NCBI GenBank assembly: GCA_963693365.1
Contig: CAVNZM010000003.1
Coordinates: forward strand, 10,902,888-10,966,887
Direction: 5' to 3'
DNA from: Amoebidium appalachense
Lineage: Eukaryota; Protista; Ichthyosporea
DNA length: 64,000 bases
Shown: one piece after another, positions 1-9,445 of the stretch
Position numbering within the stretch: position 1 is the first letter of the stretch
Layout: every line of letters begins with the position of its first letter
Notes under the pieces: model-generated
The model's database searches: none
Told to the model about the DNA's origin: nothing
The model's input: the letters and a program-made list of their open reading frames with translations, nothing else
Position numbers and translations under genes: made by a program

Positions 1-1
1 C

Positions 2-541
2 ATCTACGTGCAGAACCAGCCAAACAAGGCGTCAGAGGTAGCCAAGTGGGTGGGGGCCCTGGCGGGCGGTGCAGCCTTGGGGGCAGGGGGGTACTATGCG
101 TGGAAGCACAAGGGGGACATTGCGAGGGGGGTGGGCAACTACATGTACAACAAGGCTGCGGATGCTGCCACCTACACTGCAGGGAAGGCGGAGGAGGCGG
201 GGGGGACGGTGTTCAAGGGGATCAAGGGGTTTGCGCGTGCCACAGGCGATGCTGCCGTGCAGGGCACGCAGCGTGCAGGGCAGGGCGCGCAGAATGGTGC
301 ATTCAGTGCGTGGAAGACCCTGAGGAATGGCACGAGGGATGCGGGCAACTACCTGCTGCACAACACCCAGAATGCGTTGGGATATGGTCCTTATAACTTG
401 AATGCTGCAGGCACACGCACGGGAAACAGCTACGAGTGGAGAGGGGGCGGAGGGGGCGGTACGCAGGTGCTTGTGGACGGTAAGCCCTACGTCTGGCCGC
501 CAGCCAGGTCGCCAAACGTATCGGGACGCGGCATCCTCTAA
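2..541 (+). CDS. Orphan Gly/Ala-rich protein with one predicted TM segment (probably 5'-partial)
   Basis: Frame is open from the window start to TAA at 539-541. Hydrophobic WVGALAGGAALGAGGYYAW is followed by KHK, then Ala/Gly/Lys-rich helices. Intronless, with GC-rich third positions. No family recognised. Confidence 0.55.
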   Translation: MYVQNQPNKASEVAKWVGALAGGAALGAGGYYAWKHKGDIARGVGNYMYNKAADAATYTAGKAEEAGGTVFKGIKGFARATGDAAVQGTQRAGQGAQNGAFSAWKTLRNGTRDAGNYLLHNTQNALGYGPYNLNAAGTRTGNSYEWRGGGGGGTQVLVDGKPYVWPPARSPNVSGRGIL

Positions 542-596
542 TGGAACCTTCCGTTTATGGTAAGTGTGCAGGGAACCGTTGGCGGGCGGTGCGAGC

Positions 597-670
597 GGCC
601 AATCAAAATGCTGTAGCCTTTGCTGACTTGCATTCCATTGGCGACTCCCCTGTGCTCCTATTGGACGCCT
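597..670. promoter_or_regulatory. CCAAT-box cluster upstream of ORF 825
   Basis: CCAAT 599-603, ATTGG 637-641, ATTGGACGCCT 660-670. The last is the same extended motif as at 4300-4423. Confidence 0.4.
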
Positions 671-824
671 AGTGCAGCAGGAGTCACCGAATTTTGGAGC
701 ACGGCAGCGTGTGTGCAATGGAGGGCACAAAAGCCACCTGCAAACGTTCCTTCTTCAAACACTTTTTCTTATATTCTAAGCCACTCTAGCCTGGTCTTTT
801 TGCAAGCAGCGAACTTTGGAAACC

Positions 825-1358
825 ATGGCAGGCCTCTCCTTCCTACCCCCTCTAGCTCTAGACGATGCCGGTGTTCTTGCTGCCGCCGCAGCAACCATTT
901 CTGTGCCAGCCCGCAGGCCTCCTCCTGGCCACACCTTCTCCTGGCATCTCAAAGATTTGGATCTTGACACTGTTCTGCTTCGACCCTTCTACGCATCCTA
1001 CCGCACGCTTGCTGAGGGGTATGCAGCACAGCCCAGTGTTTCCGCCAACGCAGCGTCCTTCCTCCTCTCCGCCAAGAAAGGTGACTTCTTCGCTGGTTAT
1101 GACGCAGGGGGCGAAGTCTACTTCCAAAAACGCTTCACGGGTCTAGATGACTTTGATGGGGCATGGCTCCCTGAGATGCTGGTGCGTGGTACCATCTCTG
1201 AGCCTGCAGAACTGGCTGAACTGCACGGCAAGTCGCTTTTGGCAACACTCGCGTGCCGCAACGCCCTCATGCTCAAGGGGGTGGCTGCTGCTGTGGTAGA
1301 CATCATATCCTCCTACCGCAGTTCACAGAGCATGAGAGATCCACTAGGCATAAGGTAG
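825..1358 (+). CDS. Orphan protein, 177 aa
   Basis: ATG in Kozak-like context AACCATGG. Complex globular-looking sequence, intronless, no recognisable motif. Confidence 0.55.
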   Translation: MAGLSFLPPLALDDAGVLAAAAATISVPARRPPPGHTFSWHLKDLDLDTVLLRPFYASYRTLAEGYAAQPSVSANAASFLLSAKKGDFFAGYDAGGEVYFQKRFTGLDDFDGAWLPEMLVRGTISEPAELAELHGKSLLATLACRNALMLKGVAAAVVDIISSYRSSQSMRDPLGIR

Positions 1359-1387
1359 AGACAGACCCTCAGTTGGTTGGCGACTAC

Positions 1388-1855
1388 ATGCAGAGGTACC
1401 TGGAGGAGATAGAGGCTAACTGGGAGCCCATCGTCGGCATGTGCAAGGCAGGACTCACTCCCCACAGGGAGAGAGAGGTGGCCCGCCACCTGGCTCGTGT
1501 TGTTGCTGGCTTCCTGCAGACCATGGTGGCCACTGCAAAGGCAGCCAAGTTGAAGTCCACACCCCTCTTCAAAGGGGTCGCCATGGATGTCCTCCATGAC
1601 ATGCAGGCATTGCTGCGCGGGGTTGCGAATGAGCGTATGTACGGTGCAGGTGAGAAGATTGTGTTTGCAGGGCTGATCAAGAAAAACATCCACAAGGAGG
1701 CACCATCACGGCGCAAGTCCGGCACGTTCATCGACATTGCCCCCAAGGAGAAGGAAAACCTTGCCCCCCCTCCGCAGCAGCAGCACCAACAGCAACACCC
1801 CCTACAACAACAACAACAACAACATGACGGTCGGTGCCCGCTACTTCTACGGTAG
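1388..1855 (+). CDS. Orphan helical protein with KEN-box-like motif and poly-Q tail (could be a frameshifted continuation of 825-1358)
   Basis: Frame open from 1253, first ATG at 1388. EKENLAP at 1748-1768; Q-rich C-terminus. Confidence 0.5.
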   Translation: MQRYLEEIEANWEPIVGMCKAGLTPHREREVARHLARVVAGFLQTMVATAKAAKLKSTPLFKGVAMDVLHDMQALLRGVANERMYGAGEKIVFAGLIKKNIHKEAPSRRKSGTFIDIAPKEKENLAPPPQQQHQQQHPLQQQQQQHDGRCPLLLR

Positions 1856-1931
1856 GACCCGGGTGCCTAACTTACTCCGTACCTCAGCGGCACCGCCCCT
1901 CAAGACTGTGAACCAAGGCTACATGGGCTAG
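1824..1931 (+). CDS. Possible 35-aa small ORF
   Basis: ATG directly after a (CAA)n run. MTVGARYFYGRTRVPNLLRTSAAPPLKTVNQGYMG*. Overlaps the end of the preceding ORF. Confidence 0.25.
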   Translation: MTVGARYFYGRTRVPNLLRTSAAPPLKTVNQGYMG

Positions 1932-2064
1932 TGCACAGGATAGGGGGGCTGTGCCCTAAACTTTGCCATTTTTAATTTTTTTAGTAAAGTACCTTAAAGT
2001 TTGAGCATGCCATGGCCTCATTAACATAGACACCGTTGTGATTTGTGTATACATAGTGGGCAGT

Positions 2065-2465
2065 GCCCTTTATTTTCACGTTCTTTTTCTTCTTCTTTTA
2101 TACAAAGAATTGAACCGACGGCAAAAATAAACTTTTGTTTTTTTACGAAAGTTCCAAGAAAAAAACAGAGCACAAGCTGAAGACTACCATGGTGCATTGC
2201 ACACGTGTGCCTGCACGTGTGCGTGTGTGTGCATGTGTGTGCATGTGTGTGCTTGTGTGTGCCAAAACACTCTAACAAAAATCTATGAAGATTTTAACGA
2301 TAAAAAATAAAAAAACTTTGTGATCTGTGGATGCATTGGGCGGAGCCCTTTATTTTCACGTTTTTTTTTTTTCTACAAAGAAAACCGACGGCAAAAAGAT
2401 CCAAGGAAAAAAAAACAGAGCACAAGTTGAAGACTACTATGGTGCATTGCACACGTGTGCCTGCA

Positions 2466-2562
<97 letters not shown>

Positions 2563-2635
2563 CAAAAAGGCTCTAACGAAAATCTATGAAATTTTTAACG
2601 AAAAATAAAAATAAAAACAAAAATAAAAATAAAAA
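2065..2635. repeat. Tandem duplication, about 250-290 bp x2
   Basis: The block gccctttattttcacgtt...aaccgacggcaaaaa...cagagcacaag.tgaagactac.atggtgcattgcacacgtgtgcctgcacgtg...ctctaac.aaaatctatgaa begins at about 2065 and again at about 2346. Confidence 0.85.
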
Positions 2636-2691
2636 ACCAAAGGCAACCAACAGCCACCCTACCACACCCTTCTACGTGTGCATGCATGCGT

Positions 2692-2786
<95 letters not shown>

Positions 2787-3163
2787 GTGGTGTAACTTCT
2801 AAGTGTTGCTACCTAAAAGTGCGAAAAGAGATGATTGTGAAAATGTTTAAGAGTTTTTTCTACGTTTTTTCTTCACAAAAAAACGAACGAAAACGAGACG
2901 AGACTGAGAGAGCTGACAGCTGATAGAGTGCACATGGGAGAAAAAAGTGTATACGTAATATTACGTAACATTCAATTTCGCTTGATTTCATTGGCTCATA
3001 AGTTACGCAACGTTCAAGTTGGCGCAATCATTTACTCTCTCACTCATGTACGTACTAAGTCAACTCAGTCGCGGCGGTACACAGTGTTTTTTTTTTGGGA
3101 AGAAGTTTATTTCGTGGCATCACCCGGAGGTAAAGAGATTCTGAATAAACAGACATGTGCCTA

Positions 3164-4081
3164 TTACATCCTGAGCATTTTGGCCTTGTCCTCCCCAGGC
3201 ATGGGCGTGCCAGCACGCTTAGCCTGCCCCATGTCTACATCACCCCCCTCCCCCTCACTACCTGCACCATCACTGACCAACTCCATCAGACCGTCTAAAT
3301 CAAACACCTGAACCTTGCGGGCAACGAGCTTGGTGCGCACAGTGTTGCTTTTCTTGTTGTAGATGACACTGGTGGCGGCAGCAGACACCCATGCAGTAAC
3401 CTCACGGCACTTGGCACGCTGGGAGTTCATAAACTCCACAAACTCATCCACAGAGGCCGCGTTGTTGCCCAGCTTGAAGAGGCAGGGGTTGCGGCCAGTG
3501 GGGTTGGGGAGCTCCACCGTCACGTTGAAGTAGGTGTCGCCCAGTGCCCCCTCCATGTCCGCCTTGCTGACGGGGTTGGCCCCCAGCACCTCGTACAGGT
3601 TGGGGCTGTGTCTGGACCACAGGCTGCTGCTGGTCTTGACGGCAACGGTGTCCAGATCGACATCCTTGAGCATCTCGTGGTCCTTGTGCATCCACAGCAC
3701 GTCCTTGGCCATGCTGCACACGTAGGGCCACAGGCCAACGGCGTAGGCCACCTCAAAGGGCTCAGGGTGGCGCTGGGACTTGATCTTGATTGTGGTTTTG
3801 TCGTAGGCAGACAGGTGGGTGCCCAGTTCAATCAACATCTGCCCGTTGATGTTGATGTTGGGCAGGTTGTACAGCTGCACCACCAGCACGTCGTTCATGA
3901 CCCAGGGTGCACCCATGGTGGCCTTGCCCACACCGTTAAGGAACACCTCCCTGTACATCACCACCTTGGCCCCCTCAACGCTGCTGCTGCTGTTTTCTTT
4001 GCCACTGCTTGCCGCGGCGATGCTGGTCCTTTTGACGGTGGACAGACCAGTCATTTGACGCAGCAGGGTTGGCTTGACCAT
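3164..4081 (-). CDS. Intronless 305-aa protein, putative OB-fold ssDNA-binding protein (T7 gp2.5/giant-virus SSB-like)
   Basis: Long clean ORF with strong GC3 bias, ATG at 4081. The C-terminal beta pattern VTAWVSAAATSVIYNKKSNTVRTKLVARKVQVFDL is followed by an acidic/Gly tail. The ORF is well supported; the function is only a pattern-level inference. Confidence 0.55.
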   Translation of the reverse strand: MVKPTLLRQMTGLSTVKRTSIAAASSGKENSSSSVEGAKVVMYREVFLNGVGKATMGAPWVMNDVLVVQLYNLPNININGQMLIELGTHLSAYDKTTIKIKSQRHPEPFEVAYAVGLWPYVCSMAKDVLWMHKDHEMLKDVDLDTVAVKTSSSLWSRHSPNLYEVLGANPVSKADMEGALGDTYFNVTVELPNPTGRNPCLFKLGNNAASVDEFVEFMNSQRAKCREVTAWVSAAATSVIYNKKSNTVRTKLVARKVQVFDLDGLMELVSDGAGSEGEGGDVDMGQAKRAGTPMPGEDKAKMLRM

Positions 4082-4221
4082 TGTGCTGTTGTTTGGGGGG
4101 GGGGGTGAATGTGACTGTGGTGTGCACCTCAACTGTGTACGTATGGCTCATGTTTGGTTGGTGAGATGTTGCCTGTGTGCGGTTGTTTATGTACACGGTG
4201 GTAGGATGCAGGGTGCATTTC

Positions 4222-4492
4222 TGGCCAATGAGGACCGTAATCCCTGTTCCCTGTGCCCTCATTGGACACCTAGAACCACATGTGCCAGTCTAGATTCCGA
4301 TTGGACGCCTTGTGCGGCAATTTGCTTTTTTGAGCCGAATTATCATTGGCCGCCCTGCGCATCCGTAATACCATTGGACGCCTTGTACATGGAATTCAGA
4401 ATTCGAATTCCCATTGGACGCCTTGCGCAAACCTTCGCATTCCTTTGATCCGCACTTGTGTACGCACCACATGTACGCGTACACGTACGCGT
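4222..4492 (-). promoter_or_regulatory. Array of CCAAT-like motifs plus two ACGCGT sites upstream of ORF 4081
   Basis: ATTGG(A/C)C(G/A)CC at 4261, 4300, 4345, 4373 and 4413. CCAAT near 4225. ACGCGT at 4475 and 4487. Confidence 0.5.
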
Positions 4493-4720
4493 ACACGTGA
4501 CACGCCCTCTCTCTCTTTAATTGTTTAATCATTTAATTAAAACCACGTGCTCTGCACGTGTTTTACACACACACAGTGAACCACGTGCTCTGCACGTGTT
4601 TTACACACACACACACAGTGTGTGCACGTGCTCCTGTACATATATCCACCCATATCACATATTCCATATCGCGATATGTGTACACAGATATCACATATCT
4701 CATATCCACATATCCATATT

Positions 4721-4792
4721 TTGGGGGCTGCGGGACCGCGTGAATGTGACGTCACTTGTGACGTCACCATTCACGGGGTGCCGCGCCCCTAA
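4721..4792. repeat. Imperfect inverted repeat/hairpin with about 35-bp arms and two GTGACGTCAC palindromes
   Basis: Left arm ttgggggctgcgggaccgcgtgaatg-tgacgtcac versus reverse complement of right arm ttaggggc-gcggcaccccgtgaatggtgacgtcac. Loop TT. Confidence 0.85.
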
Positions 4793-4799
4793 TTGTAGT

Positions 4800-5230
4800 C
4801 AAGCCCTCCATCTTCCCGCTACCCTTGATGGGAAAGATTTCGAAGTGTGCGCTGACACTGGCAGTTACATAACCATTATTTCTCGCTCTGTATTTGATCA
4901 ACTCAATGATGCCCGCTCGCACAAGAAACTCCCGCTTCTCACTTTGTTGCACACTGGGCATTATGATCGTGCCGTTGGTGCAAATAACTTGTCTATTGAA
5001 CTGCTTGGCACCACTGCCCTCACTATTCAAATAATTGCACACATCCGGCATAAGATACGCGTGTATGTGACTCCCTCCCTTGCCCTACCTGTCATTTTGG
5101 GCATGGATTACTGGGCCACACTTTTGCATGCCGGTGTGCACACTGCTCTCCTTGACTGGCGCACACTTATGATTGGTAACCCCAGCCTTGGCTGGCATGA
5201 GCTTCCCTGCACAGTGGATACTGTCCCCAC
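4800..5230 (+). pseudogene. Gypsy aspartic protease domain
   Basis: FEVCADTGSYITIIS ... GANNLSIELLG ... PVILGMDYW retropepsin motifs. Confidence 0.85.
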
Positions 5231-5932
5231 TGCACACCACCACCCCCCAACTATGTCAGTTAAACGTACTGCCACACAAGCTATCGCCACCTTTACCATC
5301 GGCTGCCTCATTACTCACACATACTCCCCCTCCCCTCCCCTCCACCCAACCCCCCCCCTCCCCCACCCCCACCCCGTCCTCCCTCTGGCCCTCCACCCTT
5401 TCCACCCACCCCCACCAACCCCCTTTCCACCCCCGTCTTCCTCTCGCCCACTCTCCTACCGCGGCCTGAACAAGGCCTCCCCGGTGTGCGTGCTTCTGCA
5501 CTACCCTCTGCATCGCTGTCCTCGGGCGCCGCACTGTCATGGACTTCTAAATATCTAGCCTCATGTAATATCGCTCTTAATGCAAATTCCGAAAATTCGG
5601 TCCAGGATGGCCAGTGGCCTCCTGATGTTAATGAAAATTCCTTTTGTCCAATGCAAATTGACCCGTCTTCGGCTGATGTATCTCAAATTCCCCCTTCCCC
5701 TTTCCTCCATCCTTCCCTACCCCCCCCTTCCCCTCACCCCCCCTCACCCCCCAATCCCCCATCCCCCCACACCGTGACACACACCCCCCCGCCCGCCCAC
5801 CGCCGCTCCACCCACCATAGTAGGCTGTGTCACTGGCTTTGTTTACAGCCGCGACTCCGATAAGTCTAGCGTTTGGCTCCCTATGGGTGTTAGTGGTTTG
5901 CCGTTCACTCTCAGCGACCCAACACCACTACC

Positions 5933-6860
5933 TGTTAAATTCTATAAGTATTTGGGATGTAAGCAGAGACACAGTGGTGCAGTGTGAAAACACCACAAAC
6001 ACACACAACAACAAAACACGGAACGATCGGAGCAGTGTACACAACAGACATCAATGTTTAGACACGACTGAACTGAATTTATTCTGATCTTCGAATAAAT
6101 ACCTGAAATTCCTCTAAGTCCAATCCATACATGATTTCCGACCAGTCGGAAATCAGATCTATCTCTAATAGAAACCAATCACTAAGAACCAATTGCTTTC
6201 AGAGAGATCCGGTACGCGGAGACGCACACGATAGGACACAGACACTAGTTAAGGTCAACTCGTGTCATCATCAAGGAAGTTCTAACCTATGACATACTGC
6301 AAAGACTCAGACATATCACACTTAACCTTGATGATTGGTTAAAGCCCGGCAACACATGAAAACTAAAGTAAATTAATGAAGTCTAAACACACATGCTATT
6401 CTAAGTGTAGCCTAAGTGTGTTACCGTCCAATGAACACGTATTAAGTAACACAAATCTACCTAACATATATTAGTAGAAAAGAAATACGATTATACACAA
6501 TATGAAGACAAAGAGAGAAAGAAAAGAAAATAAGGAAGGAGAAAGAGGAAGGAAAAGAGAACACAGATCAACAAACAAGATAGTAATAGCATAACTATAA
6601 CCAGAGATATTTATGTACACACAAACATGTACACGTCTCTCCCTGAGTGGGTGGATCCGTGTACACACATATAAATATTCTAATCGATATTACAATACAC
6701 GATTAGAGCCGATACAACACGATTACAAGTATACAAGCATATCGGAGATCGATGCTTCACTTTACATAATAGGAGTGTGGCATATACACTAAGCATATGA
6801 ACTGAAACATAACACAAACTGAGAAGATCTTACCATATGTAGATACTACGTATTACAACA
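5933..6860 (-). repeat. Copia 3' LTR (928 bp)
   Basis: tgttaaattc...tattacaaca. Matches 10989-11913 with about 19 substitutions and one 3-bp indel (manual count). Confidence 0.96.
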
Positions 6861-8234
6861 TGATGGGCTGGAGCTTGGAGTACCAGATGATGGGCATACC
6901 AGCAAACCCGATGATGTAGCCGGTGGTAGACTTCTTGCTGTCGGCACAACCAGCAAAGTCAGCATCCGTGTAGCATTCAAGTATGGGGGGCTTGGTGGCC
7001 GAGTACTTGTAGTCAATGCCAAGGTCAATGGTGCCGAGCAGGTACCGGGCCACACGACGGAGAAGGTCCCAGTGAGTCTTGCCGGGGTTGGTGCTGAACC
7101 GACCAAGGAAGCCGATGGCATAGGCAATGTCGGGACGTGTGCACCGTGCCACCCAGAGGAGACGGCCGAGTAACTCACGGTAGGGCACGGTGAACGGTTG
7201 GGGGGGGCAGTCAGCCAGGGAGACGGTGGTGCCTGCAGGGATGGGGGTAGTCTTGGACTTGGCATCGGTGAGGTTGAAGTCGTGGATGATATCCATGATG
7301 TAAGACCTCTGGTGCATGTGGAGGTGATAGGGATCAGAATGATTAAAATCAACACCGAGCATACGGTCAAATGGACTCATACGACAGCTGGCCATCTTGC
7401 TGATGTGGGCAGCCAGGTCACTGGCAGCAGTAGAACCCCGGGTGTTGGTGATGGTGGAGTCGTCGACGTAGTTACCAGCCCGAACCACATCGTTGTTGGG
7501 GAAGAACCGGAGGTAGATGCACGGGTCAGTCTTAGTACGGGTCAGGCCATGGGCAAGAAGAATGCCGTCGAGGAAGTCGTACCAAGCCTTGGAGGCTTCA
7601 GTTGCTTGAGGCCATACAGGGCTTTCTTGAGTCTCCAGACCTTGCCAAGGGTGGCCATGGTGATGAATCCCGGGGGTTGTTTCATGTAGATGGTCTCGGT
7701 GATTGGGCTGTTGAGAAAGGCCGTAGACACGTCGAGTTGATGGATGTCATGACCTTCAACAACGGCCAGAGCTAGGATAGCACGGAGAGCAGCCGGACGG
7801 ATGACAGGGCTCTCAATCAACTCATAGTCAACACCGTATTGCTGACTGAAGCCTTGAGCAACACCACGGGCCTTGATCTTGGTGTCACCAGCCGAGTTGA
7901 GAGTTTTCTCAGAGACAATCCACTTGAAGCCGACGATGTTAGCACCAGGGGGAGGGTCAACAAGTTCAAAGATGTCTTTGTCGACGAAGGCCTGATACTC
8001 AGCAGTGAGGGCTGACTTGACCTGGTCACCATTGGGTCCGGAACACAGTTGACGGACAAGTTTGGGTAGTTGGTCGATGTTGATGGGGGGACCGGGGGGA
8101 ACTGGCAGGGTGGTGGTGGCTTGAAGTCCAACCTTGCCCTGTAGACGGGCAGAACGACGGGGGGCAGGAACCGGGGGGGGGTGGAGACGGGGGGGGGGGG
8201 GAACTTGGAAGTTCGGAATTGCAGGGGGGGGCAA
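6853..8234 (-). pseudogene. Copia reverse transcriptase and truncated RNase H
   Basis: KARGVAQGFSQQYGVDY, HQLDVSTAFLN, YGLKQ/ASKAWY (broken by a 5-bp insertion at about 7597-7601), YVDD, TRPDIAYA, YTDADFAG..KSTTGY. Ends at SKLQPI, fused to the LTR. Confidence 0.93.
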
Positions 8235-8291
8235 CCTCCGGGCTTGACGGGGCCGAGTGGAAGTTGTCGGGGGAGCCGGGTCGGATGGGGG

Positions 8292-9445
8292 TTACGTTGC
8301 CAGGGGCAGGATGAATGTCGGCAGGCTGGACGGGCACGGGTGCAGGGGGGCCGGAGGGGGGGGTGTCGGGGGAACGACGATGGCAGGAGGGGGGCCAGAG
8401 TACACCAGACAAACATCATCATCAGTGTCAACTGTGGGGGGTGGGGTGGTCGAGGTGGCAGTGGTGTCGGGGGTCGGAAGTGTTGATGGGATATCGGACG
8501 GGAGATAAGCTGATTCGTCGAAAATCACATCACGGAAGAGGCCGACACGATGGGTGGTGGGGTTGAAGATCCGGTGGCAGTGTGATTGAAGATCATAGCC
8601 GATATACATGCCGAGTTTGACGGTGGGGGCCAGCTTGTTCCGTTTAGAGGCTGGCACATGAGTGTAGGCAGGGCAACCGAACACTTTGAGCTCGGAGATG
8701 TCGGGCTTGACACCGTAGAAAACCTCGAATGGTGTACGACCATTGGCAGCCGTGGACGGGGTGACGTTGATGATGTAGGCAGCATGTTGGAGGGCCTCAG
8801 CCCACAGTTTGGGGGACAGAGACTGATCTTGGACTTGATGGAGGAGGCAACGAACAATCTCTTGGAGGAACCGCATACGACGTTCAACATAGCCGTTCAG
8901 TTGAGGGCAGTCCACCGGAGCATAGCTGGCCTTGATGCCCTGGGAGAGGCAAAAAGCACGGGTAGCCTTGGAGGTGAACTCAGAGCCGGAGTCGAATTGG
9001 TAGACACCAACTTTGGAGGGGGCATGGGTAGCAACGAGGTTGGTGTGAGCTGTGAGAATGTCCAGGGTGGTTGTACGGTCGGCCATCGGGTAGATCTTGA
9101 CGAGTCCAGAGGCACGGCAGACAGTGACGAGAGCAACCTTGGAACCTCCGTACGATGTTGAGGTAGGCTCAAAAAAATCCCAATGCCATTCATGACCGGG
9201 GATGTTGGAGTGAGGACGGTCACCCTTGAACGGAGCCTTGGTGGTTTTACCCATAATGCAGCCATGACAATCAGGAACATCACAGTCGAGGACAGACGAG
9301 GGGAGACCAATAACAAGGTCGTGTTTCACCATGTCCTTGATGCTGGTCATAGCACGGTGCCCCAGACGATGGTGCCAGATGGATGGGTTAACACTGGTAG
9401 TGGCAGCCAGAGCCACAGGACGAGTGGGTGGTTGAATGGTGCTAG
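8292..9445 (-). pseudogene. Copia integrase (GAG-pre-integrase, rve core, C-terminal SH3-like)
   Basis: WHHRLGH...CHGC, WHWD, QFDSGSEF, PQLNGYVER, LKVFGC. Out of frame with gag-PR at about 9445. Confidence 0.93.

Noticed and set aside
32-730. 232-aa minus-strand ORF
   Set aside because: Antisense shadow of the GC3-rich plus-strand ORF; non-ATG start and no motifs.
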